A stretch of DNA of 64,000 nucleotides from Tubiluchus corallicola (lineage: Eukaryota > Animalia > Priapulida). The translations under genes were made by a program, and so were the position numbers. Within the stretch, counting starts at the first letter, position 1. Each line of letters begins with the position of its first letter. Under the pieces are notes generated by a model. It was not told the origin of the DNA and made no database searches. It saw only the letters and a list, made by a program, of their open reading frames with translations. Positions 12,771 through 46,875 of the stretch are shown in pieces. The DNA is taken from positions 558,001-622,000 of the forward strand of contig JAQGDQ010000031.1 in the NCBI GenBank assembly GCA_030141605.1, in the 5' to 3' direction.

Positions 12771-15700
12771 GCTATTTTAATCATAAGTATCGAGCATTAA
12801 TGTTGCTTCAAATCTGCAAGTAGAACACTTTTGCATTACATCTTATACAACAGCTAAAGCATGCAATTATAAGGCCCCAGCTTTGCATTCTGATTTCTGA
12901 AGTTTTCGTTGCCACAACTCCTTATATATGGCCCAAAAAGCTGCTAACTTTAAGAAATTGTTTAGGTTCGTAACTTCATATTCTTGAAAAACATGAAAAG
13001 AGGTTTTATAGGGTGAGGTGTCTTATACATATTCAAAGCTACACAAAAGACAGTTAAATCACCTTAATTAGTAAACAATATGGTGTGTTTAGAAAACAGG
13101 ATACCAGTATTTATAGATATACAAAAATTGTATAAAAATGCAATGGTAAGGCGATTAAACTATCTACCAACTATAATATGTGTATCACCTGCAATTCATG
13201 TGAAACACTGAAAGATAAACAACTCATCAGCTTGTAAACCTCAACCAATAGGTTTTAGAACTTAGAAAACGCAACTAAAGGCAGGTATTACATATAATAG
13301 ATATTATAGAATATAATCAGTGGTAAGTAGCAAAAAACTTCAATTAAGCTCGACATGTTTTAAAACTAAAGGCTTTTAATTCAGCCTTTAATTTCAGTTC
13401 GTTAAGCATGCCCTTGTGCATTAAAAGGCTTGTTGCCACATTAAATGCCTTTCATCTGTATTCACTAGTTTATTTTAAGATGTCCTCATCATCTCCTTCT
13501 TTTTTGCTGCTTCTTGATATTGTATCTGGTAATTTCCAGGTGCAAAACATTGCTCATAATTACAAATATTATAGTTTTTTCTTGACGAATGCGAAATAAA
13601 TAACATTTGTTTCACAATTTCCGGCCTGTCGCTCTAGTATTACACTAGACAACATAAAAACAAGACTTTAGATATGTAAAGAAACATAAGTTACATAAAC
13701 CATACATCTAGCAAAATAGAATCTCCGCCATGACACCTAACTAGAAAACGCAAAACAAGAAATCTTTTCACAAATCTCTGAACATAACCCAGTCCAAAAA
13801 TGGGAGTTATTCGCGAGACTCAGTCATTAATAGCTTGGTGAGCTTGAAGCTTGATTTGATCACTAGTGATAAGAGATCACCATTAAATCCTGACAAAATT
13901 TGCAAGAACCTGTTACAGATGTAAGAAGTAATCAAAAAATCTTTTTAATTATACCAAAAAAAATTCTAATGTACTGTGGCCAGTTGGCCACCATCACTGC
14001 AATCTGATATCATGAGATATTATAAAGATCAATATAGGTGCTGGCAGTTTGATTGTATTTGCATCCCGATCCCGATGCATATTCTTTCCAACAAAGAAGA
14101 GAAACAGCAGACCTGAAGAAGATATTTGAAAGTGCTTAAATGGATAAATCATCCAAGGATGGTTATGGTCATTATATGAAACTAGTTGTCCAAACCTTAT
14201 GCAAATATGAATTGTAAAATTACATTCTCTTTCAACGTGTAGCAAACAAGTGGGATAGTTTGCCAGAGAGTGTGGATGCCCGAACAAATTTAGTTCAGGG
14301 ATTTTCATGTCTTCGTGTCTTTGTTAGATTTCATATGACACATGATGTACAGCAGAGTACAAAGCACTATGTAAACCAAACAGCTGCAGCTAAATAAAAA
14401 GAAGTTTATTGAAGACAAGAACAAGAACAAGAAGGCACTTCGTTTACATAACGGGACAAGTTTCTTTACATCTAACATCAATATATTAATTTTGATTATA
14501 ACTTTATGTTAGAATTCCCCAATCAAGTGATGATTATTACCTCTACAATAATATTTCATACAAATACTTTGTTGAATCTGAGTTGCTATCTGGAGCGTCC
14601 ATTGTTTAACATCTTAAGCACTTCCTTCTTTTTCGTTGGAGTTGGCTTCTCTCTCTTAGCTGTGACTCTTGTAATAGCTACTTTTATGTACAACTTTTAC
14701 CCAGATACTGAGAGTTCAAATTAAACACGTCTATTCAGCTCGATGGCCAGTAATCACATACCTAATTTGTGTTTGCCTTGTGCTCTTCGTTATATGAAAT
14801 GGCGTCAACAGGCTGGAATGAATTCTTTTTCAGCAGTTTCAACACAATACTTTTAGGTGTGGCAGTTTTCTTCAGCATCATTTTCTCTTAGTGTTATAAG
14901 CAAGCCATTGTTCAAAATTATAAACTTTACATCTACAATCCCAATACAACAATTTTTTACTAATAACTCTAGTATTTAACTCCTTCATGACCACATTATT
15001 CAAAATAGATCTTATAATAGGTATAACTTTTCTGCTACTGTATGAGCACAGACAAAACTAAATTATTACAAATTAGGTATTGTTCTATTCAGGAAAATAT
15101 CAGCTATCCAATTATACTATTTGCTTGGATTTATAATTGATTTATTTTTACAAAATTAAGGAAAAACACGCACTTTTCAGGCACTCCAACTTAGCCTATT
15201 GAGCAGCTTAGTCTTGTGCACACTTGCGTGATCGTGCACAATAATTTATTAATTCACTGCTTGTTACAGCCCAAGAGAAGCATTTGCTGTATAGAATTCC
15301 AGGAAAAACAAACCTATCAGCCAAGTACAAATTAAGGATGTCTCATCTTTCAACAGAAATTTCTCCTTAAAAATATTGTACAATTGAGGCCTAATGTATC
15401 AGTGTTGTATCCAGACAGTTGAAATTACCTGCATTAGCCGATTTCACACACGATTTCATACTATAGATTGTTACGATACAAACACTGCAGTTACTGGAAG
15501 CTTTTTCCAAATTTTTCGTCAAGAATCGATCATAAATTTGTCTATGGTAAGCAAATGCATTTCATATATAATTTTTCCATGAAAGCCCATTTTGAGAAAA
15601 GCAGAAATCTACAAAAATTATCAACATTAATACAATGTCATCGTTGCTTGGTGACAGCAGTTTTTCATGAACACATGCAAAATGCAGCAAACCCTTATGG

Positions 15701-17299
15701 TCTTGAAATAATATTAAAGTATGTGTACAAAATTTGAAGATTTGATTCTGAAAAATGTCATTTAGGGCAAGCTGGAAACTGCTTGGCATTCAGCTGCACC
15801 ATATTCAAATTACATGTTTTTTGCAATGGTAGAAATTGCAGTCCTTGGTCGAAACAGGTGGCGTGCAGGACTGTGTTAGTTGAAAACTGAACAGGAATAC
15901 TTTAAGTAATTTTGGTAACAGATAAAACTGCATGTGCACATTATTGAAGTTAAGTAATACCAGAGCTATGCATGAATCCTTTACTATGTAAGTTTGCTTA
16001 GGAAAGGATTCATAGCTTTGATAATTAAGACATGGTCTGTACAGACCTAATGACATGGCACAGACATGATCATGTTATAGTAACTAGTCTAGTGAGATAC
16101 TAGATTGGACAAGTTCAAAATAATTATACACAGGCTGTGGAATATGAAAGAACATGCAGAAGGAACTTGTAGTGAAAATCAGTTCAGAACGCTTTGTTCT
16201 AACTTTTACTTTTTTAAGCGATATCGGAAATAATCAACGATTTGTCTGTAATATACATTAATTTTGTCAGTGGAAAACTTTCACCAGCCATAGACCCATC
16301 GTATTAGGCAAACCACCAATTAAAATGAAAGCGGCTTTTAGTGTTATTGTTAAGTGAAAACCAAATGTTTAGTGTCAATCTCACTTTAATTTACTGTCCA
16401 AAATATACACTTTCTTGCCTATAAAAGTTAGCAATTGTTTCTTATATTTGAATAATTAGCCTTGAAAGTTAATTAACGGCAGCTGAACACAGCTATTGCT
16501 TACGTCAGAAAATAACCACAGTTTGTGCAATGGCAGGTTTGCGTAAGTGTTACTGTACTGCTTTTTATTATTAGTGTTAGTTTATTTATTTGTGGTGTGT
16601 GATGTCATGAAAATGGGTTTATGTCATATGACGTCAGAAACTAATACTGCAGTTCATGATCATGGTTATAACAGTACCCTTCTATTTGTCGGCCACGCGC
16701 ACGGGACAAAAAGGTGCCATTGCCACTCTTAGTAGATTCACTGAGCCGTGCGTAGCTTTGAAAGTTTAACAAAATTTGAGTAACCAAGCTAATCATTATT
16801 TTATTTAAGCTGTGATTCATGAAAAACTATTGTAGTTTTCAATATTTTGGAGCATTCTTTATTCTGAACTAATGTTTACACAATCGTCTGGTTTTCCTTT
16901 AATAAGATTTTGTCCTACCACTAACCAACTATAGTGAGGTACTACTTCAGTGCTGTTCACAGAAGCATGCATGAAACGCTTGAGTGCTTTTATTGTCTGG
17001 CTACCGTTTCCAGAGTATCGTTCGTTGATAAGCAAGACTATGCACATCAGCTTAAATAAGGTCAGGTGATGGAGGTGCCTGAAAGCATTCCAATGGAGAC
17101 ATAAGAGAGGAATTTTATAAAAAATGGAGAACAGAAAGAGTGATAAATTTGGAAATACATTGTAGACATAGTAAAAATTAGAGAAATTTATTACGAAATA
17201 AAGAGGCTCAACGTCAGTGACAACATTGAGCAAGACTCTGACCCGCCAAACGAAGAAGTCGAGTTAAGAAATCATGAACATTGTATCCGCATTGCAGCA

Positions 17300-17900
17300 A
17301 AGATTTCTGGTCTTACTGAAAACGTCCTTGGCAACGTGCACAACAATTTGAACAAAAACGTAAAAACCGTTTGCCGTTAAGGATGAACACATCCTTAAAA
17401 CTGTATTTCTAAGCAATGAAATGCATTAAAAATAGGATGCCATACCAGTTAGAAATAAACGCATTTCTAACTTACTTCGTTTTCATTGGCTGACCTCTCA
17501 TCTTCAAAGTTAATAACGTTTTTAGCTCTACGAGAGACAACGCGGTGAAATTGATCAGCTCACCAACCATTTTTTTAATTATTCGTGGTAAGAGTTTGCG
17601 TAACCGTGAATGCGTGGGGTTAACAAAGTTGTACGTAAGTTGTTACCACTAGCGAAAAAGTAGTGCTTAAGCATACCTGTTAATGTTACACTTGCGTCTT
17701 GCTTGCAAAGTCTTAAGAGATCTAAGCATGACACGGTTGTTGACGGTCTCTCCACAACAATTTGCGAAATTGCGGCAAATTAGATGCGTCAACTGTTTCA
17801 CTATTAAGCGAATTCCAAGGGCCCACAACACGAGAAGAAAAGAAATGGGCTCTGATACTAGTGCGATAATATTGTACAAAAATTCTTGGTGATTTATATA
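17300..17900. promoter_or_regulatory. Probable bidirectional promoter and first exons shared by SCYL2 (-) and ULK4 (+)
   Basis: This is a locally CpG-richer island with two perfect outward-facing GTAAGT donors (minus 17475-17470, plus 17635-17640). Both genes have an unpaired acceptor just upstream of their ATG (12813 for SCYL2, 19239 for ULK4). An RFX X-box-like sequence CGTCCTTGGCAAC lies at 17323-17335. Confidence 0.55.
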
Positions 17901-18585
17901 GTCCGTACTGCTATATGTAACTTAAGTTCAGTAATGCAATAAAAAATCGTCGTGCTATGGAGAGATACTTTTTATAATCAAGTCACTTGATTAGTTCTTT
18001 ATAGCCATTAATTTTACATAATTTGCCAAACCCTATTAATATAAAGCTTTCATACTTCAATGATTAGAATGGAATAGATTCAATGAATAGATTAAAAAAT
18101 GTTGTTGTGCTTGTACTTCACGCAGTTGGTTTTTACTCAGTCTCGGTTTCTACATGTTCATGTAGGCACATTGTAGTGCACTTGATAAAAATTTATAAAA
18201 AATAACTGTGAAGAAGGCATCCGAATCTGAAGTATAGTGTCCGATACCAAAAAAGACATAACGAGTTAATGGCTCAGCAGTGAGGCGTTTTTTATTAATT
18301 TCAGTTAAAAAGCACACCATGCTTTTGTAACTTTACTATAACAATAACAAAACAATAGTGTAATGACCTGTAACGGCCAAGCCTTTAAAGCTCGGCGGTA
18401 GCTGACTGAATTCTATTTTTCTGTAATTTTGTTGTGTATATCATATGTTAAGAAGTAGCTATATGTGTGGTATATATATATATATGTGGGTACAGTTTTT
18501 GAGCTGAGCATTAAAAATACCTTCAGTGATTTTTAATATAGTTCTTTGCTTGTATGTATTAAAAATCAAATAAGTGTATTATTAA

Positions 18586-19123
18586 TAGGTCCGTAATGAT
18601 ACATCGAGGTATATTGCATTGAGATGTTTTTTATTACGATATGCGTATCGCCAAAGTGCACCTGTATTGTGATAATATGAGTCAATGATATTTAGCAAAG
18701 TAGCATGAGCTTTGACTGTATGCTGGTAAAAACAAAACAAAACAATAGAAGTAATTCAAGCTGCAGCTGTAGAGTGTACTACAGATACCTACCAATCAGT
18801 GCAGTGAGCAGTAGTTAACACAGGCACTGCGAGCAACTAATTATATTGTTTACATATAAACTTGTGAAATGCAAAAGTGAACCAGAAAATGCACAAGCAA
18901 CTTTTACACCTAAAGTATTGATACGTTTTGCTTTTCTGGTGGCTAAAAGTACAAACAATAGCCTACACATTACATAAGTAATAAATAGAAATCCAACAGT
19001 TTGTTGATTAGCATTTAGCAACCCTAAAACTGTTGATTGATAAAATATTAACTCAAGTGTATCGTGAGGTTAGTGTTGTGATATGTTTCGTGTCCGTGAC
19101 CTAGGTTTATCATTACAGCCCTA
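18586..19123. mobile_element. hAT-type MITE, 538 bp, in the ULK4 5'-UTR intron
   Basis: TIRs TAGGTCCGTAATGATACATCGAGG and CCTAGGTTTATCATTACAGCCCTA; 8-bp TSD ATTATTAA/CTTATTAA (7/8 match); subterminal GATAC/GTATC motifs. Confidence 0.8.
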
Positions 19124-19277
19124 CTTATTAACCATTTACCTTTGTACAAGGTTTTTGTTTTTAAATGTATGCAACAAAACTATTTCTCCCTGTTTCTGTT
19201 CAACTATTTTTTATCAGTTTTTCTTTTTTTTTGGTCAGTGTACTGTGTATATGAGAATGCACTAGCTCTTGTAAAGC

Positions 19278-41356
<22,079 letters not shown>

Positions 41357-41921
41357 GAAGCAGAAGTGGAAAGAACGGCTATGTTCTTGCTTCAAATGAG
41401 GAAATGTATACAGTGAGAAATAAGTTAACAGGGAGACAAGAATGCTGCCTTGAAATACAACACAGGTGAAGAATCAGGAAAAGACAGTGTCATGTCACCT
41501 CTTGACAAGAATATGACAGAGACTTTGTAAATGCTGCAGAAACATGACCCAGACCCTGTTATACTGGTGTGCATCGTAAAAATAGCCAGTGACTAGAATT
41601 GCAATGCAACTTTTAGCTTTCTTTTTTGGCTATTAAATCGTGCCATCAGAGCCTTGTAACTGTGCCATTTTTTTAGTACGAGCAATGCCATTAGTGCCTT
41701 GTAACTGTGTTCTATCTAGTCAGACCTTTATTATTTTTGATATTTTAAAACAAGTGCACTTAAAAATTTCCTTGATTTTATTGGAATTTATTTATTTACT
41801 GCTTGTATTGTGTAATGTGATGTGATTATACATGCTTACTACTTTTTTGTACATTTACAACAATACTCATATGTTCATACTGATACAATTTTTATTAGTC
41901 TAAGCTTTCATGAATTTAGTC

Positions 41922-41937
41922 AATAAACAACAATAAA
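41922..41937 (+). terminator. Tandem AATAAA polyadenylation signals, probably for ULK4
   Basis: AATAAA at 41922 and 41932, about 570 nt after the ULK4 stop codon and before the convergent zinc-finger 3' UTR. Confidence 0.5.
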
Positions 41938-43072
41938 ATGATTGAAACTTTTTCATAGAGTGTTGGTAATGTGTAAAGTAAGTAAAAATTTTGAAGATGT
42001 GGATTCTGTGAAAATAGTACACATTAATAATAGTACACAATCATGATTAATCAATACGATTAATACATAAAAGACGTAATTATCTGTTATTTCATACATA
42101 TAACTACTGGCGTTAAAGTTAAAGCCAGTAATCTATACTGCAAAAAATATTAAATGCAGTGCTGTGCAGTTGAACTGCTGTTGTGCTCACGACTAATAGG
42201 CTCAGCCATTTTGTGTAAGTAAAAGTCTTGGAGGGGGGGGTCTACGTCCAGCAAGAAACACTACTGTGAAGGTCAATTTCTGATAGTTCAGTTACAGTCT
42301 TGCAAACCATAACAACACCAATTAAACAACGTAAATGCTGCTAAAACAATACAAAACACAGTGCAAATAACAAAGTGACATCTATTGACCACAAAGAGGA
42401 AGCAATATAAGCTTTATTTACACAAATAATTTTACTTTGAGTAAGACAATTTGAAACAGATGCAGATCCAAATGGCTGCCAGGGTTAATAAATATGAATA
42501 AACTTAGCTAGATAACATTTGACTAATTTAACTACACAGTTCACAAATGCATGTCTGGCTGAGCACTAAAACATTCATCAGGCTTTTTTAAGATCTAACA
42601 CAATTCTTTAAACTACTTCACCATGTGAAAGTGACATCACAATGACCACATCTAAATGGTTTAATTCCTGCATGAATACTGACATGTTTTTAAGAGCAGT
42701 GATGTACTCCAGTACTGTTGTAAAACACCAGACTGAACAAACTCACACAATTATCCTACTATCAGTTTTTTCCAGAATAAATTACAGTTTATTTATTTAT
42801 AAGCACTCGTCACAATATTAAAATATTATCAATGGTGCTGTACAAAATAAAAGAAAATCACCTAAAATCGCAAGGAGCACAAAATCACAAGAAGAATCAT
42901 CAGTAAAAATTACGTGATCACACTAATAAAAAGTTTTTGCATACAATGATAAACTATTAAATTACATAATTAATACTACTAATAAATTCCAAGTATGGTT
43001 CCAAACTGGTTCCATAATTTAGCAAGAGCTGTTTAAAATTACCATGATTCTAAAAGTAATCTTTCAATGATC

Positions 43073-45247
43073 TCACTTGTAAAACTCATCGTCATGTGTC
43101 ACTAAGTGATATTTAAGATGCACTTGCTTTTTGAAAGAAGCTGCACAATGATCACACTTATAAGGCTTTTCTCCTGTGTGAGCTCTCATGTGCTTTCTTA
43201 AATTTGTTGATCTCATAAAGGCAGAACCACAAAGGTCACACGTGTAAGGTCGTTCACCGGAATGGATCCTGGCATGTGTCTTCAAATTGCTTGGATCTAG
43301 GAAAGCAGCTTCACAGACTGAGCATTTGAACTTCTTTTCACCAGTGTGAGTATTGAGATGAAGTTTTAAATGAGTGGATTGCACAAATGTTTTCTCACAT
43401 TTCTCACATTTGTAAGGTCTTTCTCCTGTGTGTGTCCTTAAATGACTCTTAAGATGACTCATAGTTGCAAACCTTGCTCCACAGTAGGTGCACAAGTGTG
43501 GCTTTATCCCAAAATGTCCTTTCAAATGTTTATTCAAGGTCGTCGATCGTGTAAATGTAGCTTCACACTGATTGCACTTGTATGACTTTGTTCCTCCTGT
43601 GTGAGTAATTAAGTGACTTTTCAAGTCACCTGAAGTGATAAACCTTGCTGCACAGTAAATGCATAAGTGGGGTTTAATGCCCATGTGATTCATCATATGC
43701 GTTTTAAAACTTCTTGAAAAAGCAAAAGCAGCACCGCATTGATCACATTTATAGGGTTTCTCACCTGTGTGAATCCTGAAGTGCTCCTTTAAACTGCTTG
43801 ACCTTGCAAAGGTGGCATCACATTGGTTACATTTGTGAGGCTTCTCGCCGGTGTGAACCATCACATGGCTTCTCAGATAACTGAGGCTTGTATAAGCGGC
43901 AGGGCATTCTCTACACTTAAATGGTTTTTCTCCTGTATGTGTGCTTAAATGCCTTTTCAGATTATTAGGCCATGCAAATGTGGCATCACAGTGCTCACAT
44001 TTATAAGGTTTTTCGCCACTGTGGCTTAAAAGATGCCCTTTCAAGCTGTTTGTACGAGCAAAAGTCGCTCCACAATGATTGCATATGTGCCGTTTTGGTC
44101 GCAGATGATCTTTTTTGTGTGCTTTTGTAGTCCTTGTCAATGAGAATGTCATTCTCTCACTTGTGCCACACAAGTACTCATTTTTGTTAACAGTAACATC
44201 ACTGTCTGTTTCTCTAGCATTACAATCTTTCAAATTTGCAGAAATACCGTACTCAATTTTGACAACTGCAGTTAGTGCACAACCAGTTTCTTCGGTTTCA
44301 GTACTGTTTTGCATTTCCTCATCCACTGCAGTAAAACCAGTGTGATCGTCAAGTACTATTTGACCATTAGCGTGTAGCTTGATAGGGACATCATTTGATG
44401 TATCATCAGATTTGGGTTTGACTAGCAGTGGGTTGCTCATCATCATACTATCATCTGCCAAGCCCACGTGTTCAAGTTTCTGCATACGTTCATGTCTGAA
44501 AGGAAATAAAATTTTGGTAAAATAAAAGATGAAAAAAATGCCCAACAAACTATCAATTCATTGAGCTTATAAAAAATCTACAAATGCCACATTAACCATT
44601 TCTAGAAAAAACAGAAACGACAGAATGGGAACATCTGACGTGTATGTCATCCAAGGACATTACACTGTCCACTGTCTGCTGCCAAATGGTAAGTTCTTTT
44701 CCTACTCCCCTAGATGAAAAGGAACGTGAAAGCTAAATTGTAATCAAACTGAAAAACTGAAATCCAACACAGCTGTAACCAATCTCTTTTTGCCACTCCA
44801 TCTCTCTTCCATTTTATGTTTTATGTTCATTATTTAAATATTAGAAATAAAAATACTTTTTTTAAATTTTCACCTAAATTTATTCTCTTTTTTGCATGAT
44901 TACACTTTGTCATCATTGTTTGCATGGTTACACCTGCTGAAACATGGCATGCCCATGCGTGTATATAATATATGTATATATATATATTATACATATATAT
45001 ATACGTCAGTAACTAACCCCTCTCAGCTATTTTATAGTTTCAAGAGTTTTATTTAATGCTATGAAGAGAAGATGTCTTAGTGCATGCCCGACCTAACATG
45101 CAGTCTTCTTACTTGGATTTGTTTACTCCACGGATTCTTCTTCACCACAACATACAGACCATCATTGGATATTCTGTCGAGCCTTTTAATTCTCAATAAT
45201 TTTCTGCTGGGAGCTTCAATATTTTCGTTCTGTTGTTTACCTTTCAT
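43073..45247 (-). CDS. Tandem C2H2 (Kruppel-type) zinc-finger protein with 12 intact fingers plus 1 degenerate finger; no KRAB/SCAN/BTB domain recognisable; about 504 aa
   Basis: The main exon 43073-44495 (acceptor TTTCCTTTCAG) encodes 12 CxxC-x12-HxxxH fingers, mostly with TGEKP-type linkers. The probable first coding exon is 45156-45247 (MKGKQQNENIEAPSRKLLRIKRLDRISNDG), whose CT|GTATGT donor is phase 2 and matches the acceptor. An alternative start is the ATG at 44485. The first 18 residues of the track ORF (44548-44496) are intronic. Confidence 0.9.
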
Positions 45248-46780
45248 TGTCCGTAGCTCAGCATCGTTGTACGAAAATACACGTTAAACTAAAGCTGAAC
45301 GGATCAGAACTTTGGTTTCAAGAGAAAGTCTGTTGTTCTCAAAAACAATCGTAGGATCTGAATATGCAGACAGTGCTAGATCTTCGTTCGGTGTATGTCT
45401 GTTTCCCGTTACAAAATATTTACGTTATTCCAGGCATTCGATCGTTACCTATTCGCATAGTGTACTTTGCAATACCCAATTGACAATGTGCAAAACCTTT
45501 GCTTGCACTCTAATGTTTAAGCTTTATTCACGACCAGTGTAATAAATATACAGTCTAATCTATTTCAGCATTAATTTATGCTTTTTAGGATAGCTCCAAT
45601 CCTCTGTGTTCGGCAGTGTTGAGGACTGGTGAATTCCCAATTCATTTAGATCGACTTCACTAATCAGATTATGTTACGGTATCTATGCCGAAGAAGGTGC
45701 CCTCATTATTACGCGACACCTTGTGCATTTAAAGACGTAGTCCATTAAAAAAACTGACAAGCTTTTGGGTTTGCTGAGTTAATCGGAGCTTTCAGTGAAC
45801 GCATGAGAAACAAATAATTATTATCGTTTTTATAATATGAAAGCCACTTATTCATCAAACATAAAAATATTAAATTGGATCAAATTAGATTTATTATATA
45901 CAATGTCAATGTGTACATGTGCATACAGAACAATATATAACATAGCCTAGCATTTTCCGTAATCCAATCTGTACTTTATAATATTCTGTTTGTATAACAA
46001 AGCATTAACTAAGAAATGCTAACACTAATGTAATGATAAACTGGGATTTTTAAAAGTAACAAGCTAGTATACAAGCTAGTGATGACGAAAATAACAGGGT
46101 TCTGCTCACATTCTGCATCCGTTCATGTTCGATGAGAAATTCCGAAATGAGAAATGGACGAGAGAATGAAAATAAAAAGTACTTGAATTTTCATCCAGCA
46201 ATTCATCCAATTAATTTGTTTAAAAAAATGGTCAACTCTATCAGTTAGCGAGTATAGAATTCAGAAAGTCAATTAAAATTTCTATACGTTTCATTATAAT
46301 GCATATAATAATTATAATGTTTTTATTGTGTGAAGTAAACTTTTTCCAATATAATAACTGCTCACACTATACCTAATTTGTATTCTCTAAAGAACAAAGA
46401 ATTATAAATTATAAAGACGTCAATAAACTGACGTCTAGACTTAAACTTGCTTTTAAGATTCGGTTGTATGGTAAACATAGGTATTATATTATACTCGTCT
46501 AAGCTTTATAAAAAACACAATATTGAAAATATATGCAGCAGGACTGCAAGATTATTGTTAATATTTTACCGACGAGGTAGGCCTGCTAACACATAAAAAC
46601 CGCATTTCTCCATTTCGTTTACTGTGTATTTAAAAATTGTTGGATTTATCCTTATAATGCTCATCATAATATTTGATTGATCAAATACTTAAACTAACCG
46701 TTGTGTGAATTACCTAAGATGTATTATTTGCTGTTATCGTAATTTTTGCTCTTGTAATATTATTCTGTTTCTTATATAGT

Positions 46781-46875
46781 ATTGTATTGCATAGTAACTG
46801 TTATTATATTGTAGTACATTGTATTGTATAGTAACTGTCATTATATTGTAGTATATTGTATTGTATACTAACTGC
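46781..46875. repeat. 37-bp minisatellite, about 2.6 copies
   Basis: Unit ATTGTATTG(C/T)ATAGTAACTGT(T/C)ATTATATTGTAGTA(C/T). Confidence 0.9.

Noticed and set aside
14506-14724. ORF with a transmembrane-like stretch resembling a GPCR helix
   Set aside because: The hydrophobicity comes from reading a Lys-rich, A-rich minus strand in antisense; there are no supporting exons.
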